From: Gemmatimonadota bacterium
GTDB lineage: Bacteria; Gemmatimonadota; Gemmatimonadetes; Gemmatimonadales; GWC2-71-9
NCBI GenBank assembly: GCA_039586365.1
Contig: JBDHKN010000032.1
Coordinates: 1 to 64,000 of the forward strand
Length of the DNA stretch: 64,000 nt
Direction of reading: 5' to 3'
The position numbers and the translations under genes were made by a program. Numbering within the stretch: position 1 is the first letter of the stretch; each line of letters begins with the position of its first letter. A model generated the notes under the pieces. It was not told where the DNA came from, did no database searches, and saw nothing but the letters and a program-made list of their open reading frames with translations. Shown one piece after another: positions 1-10,565 of this stretch.

Positions 1-25
1 CGCCCGCCCGACGACGGGACCGCTG

Positions 26-1117
26 GTGAACACCGATGCGTTCTTTCACACTCTCACATTGCTGCTCGAACAACGCCCACTCTGTTTGATAGATGAGCCG
101 GAGATGTGTCTGCACCCACCGCAAGCTCACGCGATGGGCCGATTCATAGGAGCCCATACATCAGAGGACACCTGCACAATCGTCGCAACACATAGCAGTC
201 ACGTATTGAGAGGTATTCTGGAAACGAGGCCACGGGCATGTGTGATACGACTCACCCGCGTCGGCACGTCGTTCCAGGCGCGTAAGCTCGAACCCGAGCT
301 GCTCGATCAGGCAACGTCAAAGCCACGTGCCCGCTCTGAGGCGATCTTAGATGGGTTGTTGTCAGACGCAACGGTGCTATGTGAGGCAGAGGGAGATCGC
401 CTTGTCTATGAATCTGTATACCGTTCATTCAGTGACAGGTCATTGGATATTCGTTTTGTGCCTTCCGAGGGAACCGGAGGATTCGCTGATCCGCTGCGTC
501 TTTATGGCGCACTCAGCGTACCCACGGCAATCATTGCGGATATGGACTTTCTGGCAAAGCAGGGCGAATTGAGGAGAGTCCTGACCTACCTAGATGTTTC
601 CGAGCTGAAGGTGTCCGAGCTAGCAGACCGTGCGAGAGTTGCGGTAGCCCGCCTACGAGCGTCCACTTCGCATACCAAACCCGCCTCGATCCAAGTGAAG
701 CTCCAGAAACTTGCTGAATTCCCAGCTGACCTAACCAAAGACTGGGACGACAGACTTCGAGCGGATCTTCAGAAGCTTGTGGCCGAATTGTCCAGCCTTC
801 ACGAACTCAGGCAGAACGGAATCGCATCGGTGCCGATCCAGCATGAAGAACCCGGCAAGATGATTGCGCTGCGTGCCGACGTCGAACAGCTGGTGTCTGA
901 ACTCCGTGAAGCGGGGCTCTTCCTGGTACCAGTAGGTGAGCTCGAGTCGTGGCTACCGATCTTCATGAAGGGACACTCTCGCAGTGACAAGAGTCGATGG
1001 GCAATTCTTGCCGCAGAGAAGATCGAGGAAGTTGGCGAGCGCCCGAACGATGTCTGGCGGTTCATGCGCCAAGTGTACGAGTTTCTTGGCCGCCAACTTG
1101 TGAACACTGCCGGCTGA
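26..1117 (+). CDS. OLD-family ATP-dependent endonuclease (ABC-type ATPase C-terminal half plus TOPRIM); 5' part probably outside the window
   Basis: Walker B/D-loop LCLIDEPEMCLHP, H-loop VATHS, TOPRIM-like VLCEAEGD and IADMD; no Walker A in view. Confidence 0.75.
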   Translation: MNTDAFFHTLTLLLEQRPLCLIDEPEMCLHPPQAHAMGRFIGAHTSEDTCTIVATHSSHVLRGILETRPRACVIRLTRVGTSFQARKLEPELLDQATSKPRARSEAILDGLLSDATVLCEAEGDRLVYESVYRSFSDRSLDIRFVPSEGTGGFADPLRLYGALSVPTAIIADMDFLAKQGELRRVLTYLDVSELKVSELADRARVAVARLRASTSHTKPASIQVKLQKLAEFPADLTKDWDDRLRADLQKLVAELSSLHELRQNGIASVPIQHEEPGKMIALRADVEQLVSELREAGLFLVPVGELESWLPIFMKGHSRSDKSRWAILAAEKIEEVGERPNDVWRFMRQVYEFLGRQLVNTAG

Positions 1118-1642
1118 AGCTGCGGCGTACCAGCCAATCGCGCCGGCCTGTGGACATCTATTGGCGGACTCCGAGGGCTATGCCCATCTGGTGCCCATCC
1201 GCGAGACCACAGCGAGATACGTGAGTAGAGCGACGCGCTTGGGTTGCACCAGTACGGACTGCAGCTCCGAGCCGTCCGGGCCAAGCAGTGAAACGGCGCC
1301 GAGGGTGCGGAGTTCGATCATCTCGGCTCCAGATGATGGACAGGCGGCGTCGGGCTGATCAGTTGTCGGCCGGGGATCGTGGCAGTTGGATCGCAGGGTG
1401 ATGTGGGATGGCGGAAAGACAAGAAAGGACCCATCCCACCAGCACCGAGCCGAGATTCAGCAAACCAAGACTCGGCGAAAGCTCTCTCCGGTTGGTCCAA
1501 CAGGTAAGCCATGGCACCGGCTCCCCCGTGGTCCCGAGTCATAAGCTATGACTTGGGGCTGGAGAGGGCCAGATTGGCGTCAAGCACGACGCCCGGCGCG
1601 GGGCCGGGCGGTGGGAAACGGACCGTGAAGGCAGACTGCTTG

Positions 1643-1909
1643 CTACGTGGTCTCGGGCGATGTCTCGGCGGGTGGGAACGTCTCCGCTACGTTGACAATC
1701 TTCCACTCACCGTCGAGCAGAACGGATACACCAGTCCACGTCCCAGCAACCCCATATACCTCACCCGCGCTATCAGTACCGGAGAAGTCAAAGGTTGTGG
1801 TAACCAGAGCTACAGTCGGTGCCAGCACATCCACAGTGAGGTCTCCCCACGCGAAGGTCATTTCAGAGAAGGGAGCCGCCGGAGGCGACCAGGTGGCGCA
1901 GACGCTCAC
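1643..1909 (-). pseudogene. 5'-truncated NTF2/SnoaL-like (DUF4440-type) fragment
   Basis: VDVLAPTVALVT...TWTGVSVLLDGEWKIV is a typical NTF2-fold C-terminal half; no plausible N-terminus or signal peptide. Confidence 0.5.
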
Positions 1910-2175
1910 GGGAGTAGCCGGATTCCGCGCTGGCGGCCCGCAGGCTCAAGATCTCGCCGTTAGCTGACCTGAGGGCCGTCTCCAGCTCGGCAGCCACACG
2001 GCGCAGCAGGGCGGGTGACTTTGCGCGCCCTCATTCCCGACCCTTCGAGGTGTGCCCTTTCTGTGCCCCCGAAACGCGGCTAGACCAGGCTAAGGGACCG
2101 GATTGCAGCGGCTAGCTGGCGTCGCAACTACCTGTGATCGGCTAACCTAGCCGTTCATTGGCGTCGCATGGGCAG

Positions 2176-2219
2176 GCCTTGCACGCAGGGGGTCGTGGGT
2201 TCGAATCCCATCCGCTCCA
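2176..2219 (+). mobile_element. att site: 3' half of tRNA-Ala(UGC) from anticodon loop to discriminator
   Basis: CTTGCAC-GCAGG-GGGTC-GTGGG-TTCGAAT-CCCAT-CCGCTCCA gives anticodon TGC, an intact T-arm and an acceptor 3' strand with U70; the 5' half (GGGGCGG, D-arm) is absent. Confidence 0.8.
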
Positions 2220-2489
2220 TGTCGTAGCCCCATCACGCACCTGCACTTACTGTCGTGCGGGTGCTTTTCGGTAGGTGCCAGTTTCCGAACTTCTCCGCAA
2301 CAAATCATCACGTATGGTGCGGAATTTGCGCCAGTGCTTCTATTTGTCGTTTGCCCCGTTTGATCCCGAATCGAGAATAGCCCCGGGTGCCCATACCGTG
2401 GCGCTCGCGGTTGTGCAGCAATATGGCCCTGGTGACAGTCGATAGGTACGTCGCCAAGGCACCGTAATTCCTCGATCGCGAGGCATTCC

Positions 2490-4340
2490 ATGAAACAGCG
2501 GCTGATGACCGCCGCGCGCTTCCTTCTGACTGCCGGGCTCGCGCTCTTCGTCGTGACGTGTACCGACTCACCCGTTGCGACGCCATTCGACGTCGAGGGC
2601 CCGTTGTTCGACATCTGGGACGGCGCATCCGACGGGAACGAGGACGTGTTCTTCCTGGCCCCATTGGCCAGTAACCCCAGGCGTAAACGCGACTTCGGTG
2701 ACCGGCCAGTGAATCCCGACCTGACACCGCACGCGAGAGTCTGCACGCTCAATGCGGGCCTGTCCTGCGTGACAACGCCAGGCGACATCATCCCCAACGC
2801 CGATATCGCCAACCTGGCAATGACGTTCCAAGGGGGTGACGGGTTCTATCGCGTCAACTGGAACACGAAGGACTTCCCATTGGATGTCGACGAGCGGTAT
2901 CGGATCGGGATTTACCTGGGGGATCTGCTCCTGGCGTTCCGCGACGTCGAGCCGGGTAGGGGGGGTCGTGCAATACGGGAGACGACTTCTGCACCTTCTA
3001 GAACGGATCCACCGTGCCGATCAAAACGATCATCGAATCGGCAGCGGCGTGTATAGCTCTAGACCCGCCTTTCTTTGACGAAGACCCCGACCGTCCGTGT
3101 GCCACGGCAACCTTAGACCCCGGTGATGCGCTGACCTTACAGGACGGCGGGCCGACCATCGGTGTCGCGAGCGTGGAAACCGGCACGGCCACGATCAACA
3201 TGCAGACCTGCACGGATCTTCGAGAGCGTCCGGATGGAGAGGGCCGGGTCGACCTGAGGACGTTCGGTGACTGCGTCGTGATCGACGCGCTGGAGTTCCT
3301 TGCCGAGGTGGACGGGACGGCGACGGTGTGCAACGCGTTCCAGGCGGGGTTGGATGCCGGTTTGAGCGCAAGCCAGGTGAAGAGGGCGATCGTGCACCGC
3401 TTCAGCACCGACGCTGACCTCGAAGGAGTGTAAGCACTGCCTCACTCGCAGTTCGGTGATGCGTGCAACCCGCCCGCTCCGGTGCAGGGCAGGGTCATCG
3501 AGGCGTCCACCGGTCTGCAGCTCTTCGCGCGGTTAGCACGCAGAACGTGGTGGACCATTGCCGACCAGGTTCGTACATGGGCGGCGCCATCCCCGCTTTG
3601 GGCCAGCGCCGCCACCGTTTGTCACCGTGGCGGTTGCGCCGGCGACAGCCCCTTCCGCAGCGACTTCCAAGCTGCCGAACCGGCGGGCATAGACTACCAC
3701 GCGGATAACCCGGACAGCGACTTGGGCGTCCATTTCCTCGGCTATGTGGTTGACGACGTCAAGTTGGAGGCCTGGGACTCGGGCGAATGCGACGAGCATG
3801 ACACGGCTTGCGAACCTGGGCCTGAACACGTCAATGACGTGAGGCTGACCGTCAGACGTTCTACGACTACCGCGACGCGAGTGCCCATACTGGTCTTGAG
3901 CAGGAAGACGTCAGTATCCTCTTCGTCTACGACGACGGGTCCGTTCAAAGCCTCGTCGCTATCCACGATGATTCGGATGATGAGGTCGACGGGGGGCGCG
4001 TGATCTTCGACTTCAGCGCCTTTCCTGGCTCGGCAGACTTCGTCATTGAGGATGATCCAGGTGACGAATTCACGCGCAATGGAACGAGCCAGTACGACTG
4101 GCAGTGGACGAACTTCCACACGGACGGCACGGCCGTGGGCCCGCTACCCGCGGTGCCTTGGTCGTTGACCGTTACGCCGACGTTCAATGCTCCGCCTGCG
4201 ACTGGCCGCCCGGACACGTTCGATAGTGAGATCGATTTCTGGAAGTTCCTTTCCGGCACTACCGGAACGGACGTTACCATCCTTGATATGACAAAGCCGA
4301 TCACGATCCGCGGGGCCGGGTCTACTCAACGCTGGGATCC
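2490..4340 (+). pseudogene. Decayed large secreted/lipoprotein gene (end approximate)
   Basis: Signal peptide ending VVTC; protein-like sequence continues across a frameshift at the G-run near 2960, in-frame TAG near 3000, in-frame TAA 3431-3433, and frame switches near 3855 and 3995. Confidence 0.6.
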
Positions 4341-4495
4341 GGGGACGCCAAGCCAATCTGAGGGCGGCTCGAAACCGAGCCGCCCTCGTTGTGTTGGGCC
4401 TCTGTCAGAAATGCAGCCCCCGGGTGGCGCACGCTTTCGTGGGGCTGCTGTTCGTTCGGGGAAAGTTGGCGGTGGTCACCGCTGGTGGTTCGAAC

Positions 4496-4948
4496 CTACG
4501 CCTGCTTGGCCAAGAGCAATTTCCACTGCCCTTCTTCCCGAACCCAGACGTGGGCGAAGCTCACCGTCCTCTCCTGCCTGTCTCCGGCGGAGTCGATTCT
4601 GACGTACGTGGTCGTCCAGTTTACCGCTGCCGCGTCCGGACCCAACACCATCACCGCCATCTCACCTGGTTCGCCAACTTCGAAATCCCACCGCTCCCAA
4701 TACTGCTCGGTGTACGAGCGCAAGGCATTGAGCGATCCAAACCCCCACGGAGTTCCTGCCCAGTCCGAGTGTAGGCTCATGTATGTCTCTATGTCGCCCT
4801 GGCCGAACCAGAGATCGATGTACTCACTTGCCGCTTGCTTTACGGCTTCCTCAATCTCAGCCCTCTGTCCCTCGGTCAGCTCATTTGTCGTCGATTGACA
4901 CGCTGAGAAGAGAATCATCGTCAGTGCAGCAGCCACGAGACGGCTCAT
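4496..4948 (-). CDS. NTF2-like/DUF4440 lipoprotein
   Basis: Lipobox ILFSAC, VMVLGPDAAAV, VWVREEGQWKLL; GGAG RBS before ATG 4948. Confidence 0.7.
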   Translation of the reverse strand: MSRLVAAALTMILFSACQSTTNELTEGQRAEIEEAVKQAASEYIDLWFGQGDIETYMSLHSDWAGTPWGFGSLNALRSYTEQYWERWDFEVGEPGEMAVMVLGPDAAAVNWTTTYVRIDSAGDRQERTVSFAHVWVREEGQWKLLLAKQA

Positions 4949-5240
4949 GAATATCTCCTTGAAGGGAGTCTGAAGCGGCAATATTGAGATGTAACTTCCA
5001 CCGTAGCTGGAAATCGCAACGTAGAGAGCTAGCGCGTGACGCTTCGGCCGGGTGCCGATCCCTTGGTCGCACAGTCAGTTCGCACCGTGTTGGGCTGGCT
5101 GGATTCCGCCCGAGGCCGTGCCGTCTGGTGGGCTTTCCCCAGGTCTCGTTTGCCCCCAGTCTCTCAGACCCCAAGCATGGTGGTCACGCTCAGGCGCCAA
5201 CCAGTGTAATATAGATTAGATCACCCTTCGGAGGAGCTTC

Positions 5241-5960
5241 ATGGAACCCCCCCGCCTATCGCGAACATCCCGTTTGACCGGAACGTACACCAAGAGGTCA
5301 CTGCCGAAACGCCTGCGACGGTACGTCCTTGTGGGTCTCGTCATCGTCGCCCCCGTTGGAGTCACGGTAGCCGTACTGAGGTGGCTGTTTGTCCGGATCG
5401 ACTCGATCCTAGGCGGGCCACTACAGCAGGCATTCGGGTTTCAGGTCCCCGGGCTCGGTCTCGTGGTCCTTCTCTTCCTGTTGCTCTTGGTCGGCTGGTT
5501 GGTTCATCTGGCGGCCGGCCGGCAATTGCTCAACTGGTGGAACAAAGCGCTGTCGCAGTTCCCACTGACAGCCCGCATCTACAATGCGGTCAGCCAGATC
5601 ATCCAGACGGTGGTTGGCAGCCGGCGACGGCTGTTCCTCCGCACCGTGCTCGTCCCGTATCCCACAGAAGGCATCTGGGCGATCGCATTCGTGACCAACG
5701 ACCACTCCGTGGAGATGTCCGATATCATCGGAGAACCGGTCGTGAATGTGTTCGTGCCGACGACGCCGAACCCCACCTCGGGCTTCATGCTCATGGTGCC
5801 GAAGTCCAAGTGTCTCGAGGTGGACACAACAGTTGACGAGGCGATGAAGCTGGTGATCTCGGCGGGTGCCGTGCGGGCCCGGGTGTCCCGACCAGGTATC
5901 GATGTCGATTCGCTGCTGATGGACACCAGAGAATGGCAGCGGAAACAGACGTTGGAATAG
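5241..5960 (+). CDS. DUF502 family membrane protein
   Basis: Two hydrophobic segments and the VFVPTTPNPTSGF motif; GGAGG RBS. Confidence 0.9.
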   Translation: MEPPRLSRTSRLTGTYTKRSLPKRLRRYVLVGLVIVAPVGVTVAVLRWLFVRIDSILGGPLQQAFGFQVPGLGLVVLLFLLLLVGWLVHLAAGRQLLNWWNKALSQFPLTARIYNAVSQIIQTVVGSRRRLFLRTVLVPYPTEGIWAIAFVTNDHSVEMSDIIGEPVVNVFVPTTPNPTSGFMLMVPKSKCLEVDTTVDEAMKLVISAGAVRARVSRPGIDVDSLLMDTREWQRKQTLE

Positions 5961-6152
5961 GCTGCCACGCGGGGCGGGCGTCCGTCTACTCGGTCGTTGC
6001 TGTCCACCCCACCCCACCCCGCCCCACTGCTTGCCGCTGATCCCCCTGCGGTCGGTGGCAAGCAGCTCGAGACCCGGTACTCTTACCACCTCCTGTCCCG
6101 ACGAGTAGTTTCTACTTCCTTGGAGTCGCTGCCAAGCCTCAGGGAGGGTTCT

Positions 6153-6665
6153 ATGCGTAGCATTGCCACCGCTCTGATCTTGTCGTTCCTAATAGTCCCG
6201 TTTCCCAGCTTGACAGCCCAACAGCCACCGCCCGTCAAGCCGGGAGCGCGGGTACGTGTTACCGCTCCGGGGATGAGAACCAGCCAATTGGTCGGTACGC
6301 ACGCCGGCGTTCGGGCTGGTATTCTGGAGCTTGAACCAGACAGCGCGGCAACGACACTGGATATCCCCCTCGCTTCCGTGGTTGGACTCGAGGTCAGCCG
6401 GGGTAGGAAGTCGAACGTGGCACAGTATGCCCGCTGGTGCGGCGTGGTCGGCGCTGGCCTGGGAGCTACGGTGTTCCTGGTTGATGGTCAACCAGTCATC
6501 CGTGGTGCTTTTGTGTTGGGCTTGTCCAGTCTGCTGCTGGGCACTACCGCTGGCGTACTCACCAAGACCGAACTCTGGGAAGACGTACCGCTCGACCAAT
6601 TGCCCATGCTCTTGGTGGCGCAACAGGACAGACGTGTCAGCCTCGGACTGTCGCTCAGTTTCTGA
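6153..6665 (+). CDS. Hypothetical exported/membrane protein
   Basis: GGGAGG RBS, signal peptide, PGARVRV motif, two Gly-rich hydrophobic helices. Confidence 0.6.
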   Translation: MRSIATALILSFLIVPFPSLTAQQPPPVKPGARVRVTAPGMRTSQLVGTHAGVRAGILELEPDSAATTLDIPLASVVGLEVSRGRKSNVAQYARWCGVVGAGLGATVFLVDGQPVIRGAFVLGLSSLLLGTTAGVLTKTELWEDVPLDQLPMLLVAQQDRRVSLGLSLSF

Positions 6666-6848
6666 GTTGGTCAGCCGCTGGTAGCGCTGGGAGGTTTCAC
6701 CTGGTGGTTGGTCCTCGAGCTTGTCCTTGACGGCCGCCGCGGTCTCATCAAGAGAACGAAAGGCCGGGCGGGCCTGCCAGGGGCAGCGGCAAACCCGCCG
6801 TAGAGGACTCAGCTGCCACCCATCCCGTAGATTCCGTCGAGAAGCATC

Positions 6849-7457
6849 CTAGCCAGCGGCTCCGAACCTCCTCGCGACTTCATCCCAGTTCACCAGATTC
6901 CACCAAGCCGCGATGTAGTCGGGTCGGCGGTTCTGATAATGCAGGTAGTACGCGTGCTCCCAGACGTCGAGGCCAAGGATAGGAGTCTTGCCCTCCATTA
7001 GCGGATTGTCCTGGTTCGGGGTGCTCTCAACAGCAAGGTTGCCGTCCTGGGCAACGAGCCATGCCCAACCGCTTCCGAACCGGTTGGCTGCAGCGTCAGA
7101 GAACTGCTGCTTGAAACTCGCGAAATCGCCGAAGGCTCCCTTGATCGCCGCGGCCAGCTCTCCGCCTGGCTCCCCACCCCCGTCCGGACTCATGATCTGC
7201 CAGAACAATGAGTGGTTCGCATGGCCCCCGCCATTGTTGCGAACTGCAGTGCGGATGTTCTCGGGCACGGTGTTGATCTTGCCGACCAGCTGCTCAATCG
7301 ACTGATTCTGGAGGTTTCCGTGACCTTCGAGGGCACCGTTTAGCTTGGTTATGTAAGCGTTGTGGTGCTTGGTGTGATGGATCTCCATGGTCCGGGCGTC
7401 GATGTGGGGCTCGAGGGCGTCGTACCCATACCGAAGTGGAGGTAGTTCATGAGCCAT
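6849..7457 (-). CDS. sodA: Fe/Mn superoxide dismutase (Mn-type features)
   Basis: [31 protein letters not shown] motifs. Confidence 0.95.
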   Translation of the reverse strand: MAHELPPLRYGYDALEPHIDARTMEIHHTKHHNAYITKLNGALEGHGNLQNQSIEQLVGKINTVPENIRTAVRNNGGGHANHSLFWQIMSPDGGGEPGGELAAAIKGAFGDFASFKQQFSDAAANRFGSGWAWLVAQDGNLAVESTPNQDNPLMEGKTPILGLDVWEHAYYLHYQNRRPDYIAAWWNLVNWDEVARRFGAAG

Positions 7458-7585
7458 AGCGCTACTCCTTTTATTAGTTGTTGCGAAGAATCATAATTAG
7501 GCACGCAAGTAGGACTGGAACAAGAGAAAGGCCACCGCATTTGCGTAACCCGGTTACTCACTTTGCGGGTATCTATGGAGTACGT

Positions 7586-8063
7586 ATGAGCGATACTTCC
7601 AGCATGGCCCCTCCGAAGGCTGGTGACATGGCTTCCGGATTTCACGCTTGCCGCGACTACCGGTGAGGATGTCACGTTGTCGTCCCTCCGTGGCAAGTCC
7701 AAGGTTGTCTTGGCCTTTTTCCCCTTGGCGTTCACCGGCGTTTGCACCGCCGAATTATGCGATTTTAGCCGCGACTTCGCCGACTTCGAGTCGGTTGACG
7801 CCAAGGTGTTGGGTATCAGTGTGGATTCGGTCCCGACCCTGAAAGAGTTCCGTGCCAGGAACGGAATCGCCGTGGATCTACTGAGCGATTTCAAACGAGA
7901 GGTGAGCCGAAAGTACGGCGTTTTGGTTGAGGACGAGTTCCTTGCGAAACGGTCTTATTTCATCATCGATAGAGATGGCATCGTCAGGTGGACGCACATA
8001 GAGGCGGAGTCGGGACGCAAGCGCGACAACAAGGAGCTGTTGGATCAGCTGGCACGACTCTGA
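7586..8063 (+). CDS. Peroxiredoxin (BCP/AhpE-like) with a one-base frameshift near 7633
   Basis: [15 protein letters not shown] active site; the N-terminus [16 protein letters not shown] (GGAG RBS) is in a different frame from PDFTL. Confidence 0.85.
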
Positions 8064-8328
8064 GTAAGTGGGCCGTGGCTGGCGGCACTCATGGCCGAGG
8101 CCGACCCCTCGCTGCTGCTACCGTGTCATCACGGAGGTTGCCGCTTGAGTAGACTCAGGTAGCGGATCGAGATAGAATAAGCTAGGTGCGAGGGTTGAAT
8201 CCCGTTGGAGGTGTGCCGGTATCCTTGTCGCGGGGACATGCCGCGCATGCCGCGAACAACGCGAGATAGGGCTCCATAGATGTGCAGGCTGGAAATCAAC
8301 TTGCCGACGCTTGTCCGAGTTCAGCTCA

Positions 8329-9900
8329 ATGAGTGAATCAGTCACGATCGATCATCCGGGCATCGCAGTATTGGCAGAAGTGAGCTCGCAACTGGCCCGT
8401 GGGCTCGGATCGGAAGATCTGCTCGCGGGTGTTGTGGGAGCCTTGTGCCGTGGCTTGAAGAGTGACGACTGCAGAATCTGGGTGCGAACGCCCGATGGTG
8501 CTTCGTTCCATCCGATCTCAACTGATAGCCAACCGCGGGTTCCCCCGGAGCGCGCAGAGTTGGTCAAGGAGTGGGTGGAGGGGCCAGAGGTCGAGCAGAG
8601 CGTTGATAGCGGTTCGGTGCTCCGCATCCCGCTAGTGCACGAGGGCGAGCGGCTTGGGTTGCTGGAGGCAGCGGTTCCGGATACAGCGGAAGCCTCAATG
8701 CTGCGCTCGGTAGTACGGATTGTCGCCAATGTCCTGGCACCCCTCCTTGCTTCCATAGAACTGTCCGAGGATCTCGCAAGTGAGGTTGCGACTCGCACGC
8801 GAGAGATGGAAGCACAGCGCCGTTTCACCGCCAAGATCATTGACTCTCTCCCGGTTGGTCTCTATGTGGTGGACCGGGACTACCGGATTCAGGCGTGGAA
8901 TCGTAAACGTGAGTTGGGAACCCAGGGTGTCGAGCGAATTGAGGTGCTTGGCAGATCGGTGTTCGATGTGCTCCACCGCCAACCCCGCAGCCTCCTCAAG
9001 CGGGAATTCGACTCCGTATTCCGCACCGGTCGCATCGAACAGGTTGAGGTGCAATCGAGTGCCACCGGAGTGTCCCGGCACTATCGAATCACGAAAGTGC
9101 CGATGCGGCTCCATGACGATGAAATCTCGCACGTCATCACAATCGGTGAGGACCTCACCGACTGGAAATCCGTTCAACAGCAGGTGGCTCAGACCGACAA
9201 ACTGGCGGCGGTGGGGCAGCTCGCAGCCGGGGTCATGCACGAACTCAACAACCCACTCGCCACCATCGGGGCCTGCGTGGAAGCCCTGACACTGCGAAGC
9301 TCTGATGTGGCCGAGCCGGTGCGCCAGCAGCTGGAGGAGTACCTGCGGATAGTGGACTCGGAACTGGGCCGCTGCAAGGCGATCGTGGACGGTTTGCTCG
9401 ACTTTTCCCGCCCGAAGTCACGCATGATGAGTGCGGCTCAAGTCAACCAGATCGTCGAAGATGCACTGTTCCTGGTGAAGCACCACGACAGGTTCAAGCG
9501 GATCGAGTTGGTGCGGCGGTTGGCAGACGATCTGCCCGACATACGTGCCAACACTGAGCAGCTGATCCAGGTCTTCCTGGCACTGATGCTGAATGCGATT
9601 GACGCGATGGAGGGAACTGGGACACTCACCGTCAGCACAAGCCTCAGCGACGAGAGTGAGAACGAGGTCCTCGTCCAGTTCGCTGATACCGGAATGGGGA
9701 TTCCGCCGGACGACCTGCCCAAGATCTTTGAGCCGTTCTTCTCCACCAAACAGCCGGGGCGCGGCACGGGATTGGGTCTCTCCATCTGCTACGGCATTGT
9801 CTATCAACATCGCGGGCGACTCCAGGTCGACTCGGCGCTAGGGCGCGGATCCAAGTTTCGGGTATACCTTCCGCTATTCGGGGCCAGCGACGTACCGTGA
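8329..9900 (+). CDS. Cytoplasmic GAF-like/PAS sensor histidine kinase (NtrB-like)
   Basis: [14 protein letters not shown]-box, [28 protein letters not shown]. Confidence 0.9.
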   Translation: MSESVTIDHPGIAVLAEVSSQLARGLGSEDLLAGVVGALCRGLKSDDCRIWVRTPDGASFHPISTDSQPRVPPERAELVKEWVEGPEVEQSVDSGSVLRIPLVHEGERLGLLEAAVPDTAEASMLRSVVRIVANVLAPLLASIELSEDLASEVATRTREMEAQRRFTAKIIDSLPVGLYVVDRDYRIQAWNRKRELGTQGVERIEVLGRSVFDVLHRQPRSLLKREFDSVFRTGRIEQVEVQSSATGVSRHYRITKVPMRLHDDEISHVITIGEDLTDWKSVQQQVAQTDKLAAVGQLAAGVMHELNNPLATIGACVEALTLRSSDVAEPVRQQLEEYLRIVDSELGRCKAIVDGLLDFSRPKSRMMSAAQVNQIVEDALFLVKHHDRFKRIELVRRLADDLPDIRANTEQLIQVFLALMLNAIDAMEGTGTLTVSTSLSDESENEVLVQFADTGMGIPPDDLPKIFEPFFSTKQPGRGTGLGLSICYGIVYQHRGRLQVDSALGRGSKFRVYLPLFGASDVP

Positions 9901-10565
9901 GAGTACTCGTGATTGAGGACGATCGGACTGTGGGGCAGTTCGTGAAGCGAGGACTCGAGGAGCAGCGGTTCCAAGTTGACTTGGTAGAAGACGGCATGGA
10001 TGCTCTGAAGCGGGCCTCAAGCTCAACCTACGACGTTCTCGTACTGGATCTACGGCTTCCCGGTCTCTCGGGCATTGAGATGCTTCGCACCCTGCGGGAC
10101 CGGGGTGTCAACACGCCGGTTCTGGTGCTGACGGCACAGGACGCGGTGGATTCCAAGGTCCAAGCCCTGCGAACTGGAGCGGATGACTATGTCACAAAAC
10201 CGTTCGCGTTCGAAGAGCTTCTGGCCCGGGTCGAGGCGCTGGGACGGCGACCCAAGGACATCGCCCCTCCCGTGCTCACAGTGGCTGACCTCAAAGTCGA
10301 TACGGGTAAGCATGAGGTGTCGCGTGGCGCGAATGTGCTCGAGCTCACGCCGAAAGAGTACTCGGTTCTTGAGTACCTAACCCGAAACACGGGCCGTGTC
10401 ATGACTCGGACACTGATAACTGAGTACGCGTGGGGGTACAACTTCGATCCGGGAACCAACGTCGTGGACGTCGTGATCAACCGGCTACGCAAGAAGGTAG
10501 ATCAGGGCTTCAAAACCAAATTGATCCACACGGTCCGGGGCGTGGGGTACATACTGAAGGCCTAG
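9897..10565 (+). CDS. OmpR/PhoB-family response regulator (CusR/CopR-like)
   Basis: REC domain (IEDD, VLDLRLP, GADDYVTKPF) plus winged helix (TNVVDVVINRLRKK, HTVRGVGY). Confidence 0.95.
   Translation: MRVLVIEDDRTVGQFVKRGLEEQRFQVDLVEDGMDALKRASSSTYDVLVLDLRLPGLSGIEMLRTLRDRGVNTPVLVLTAQDAVDSKVQALRTGADDYVTKPFAFEELLARVEALGRRPKDIAPPVLTVADLKVDTGKHEVSRGANVLELTPKEYSVLEYLTRNTGRVMTRTLITEYAWGYNFDPGTNVVDVVINRLRKKVDQGFKTKLIHTVRGVGYILKA

Noticed and set aside
1318..1542. Ser/Thr kinase (RLGAGGMG) or DinB-like fragment
   Set aside because: Only a few residues match and there are no further kinase motifs; it may be debris, but it cannot be supported.
2147..2219. Complete tRNA-Ala gene
   Set aside because: The 5' acceptor strand, D-arm and most of the 5' anticodon stem are missing, so it was kept only as an att-site fragment.
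2990..3440. Stop-codon recoding (pyrrolysine or alternative code) in the secreted-protein gene
   Set aside because: The stops are mixed TAG and TAA and come with frameshifts, and TAG/TAA terminate normal genes elsewhere in the window; pseudogenisation is simpler.
6760..6830. c-di-GMP-I riboswitch-like GGCAAACC with nested stems
   Set aside because: It lacks the GNRA/receptor and second stem, and it lies between convergent gene ends where a riboswitch would have no target.
8064..8310. Possible tRNA-Sec or other structured RNA (GGGTTGAATCCC, several hairpins)
   Set aside because: No cloverleaf or UCA anticodon arm can be built.
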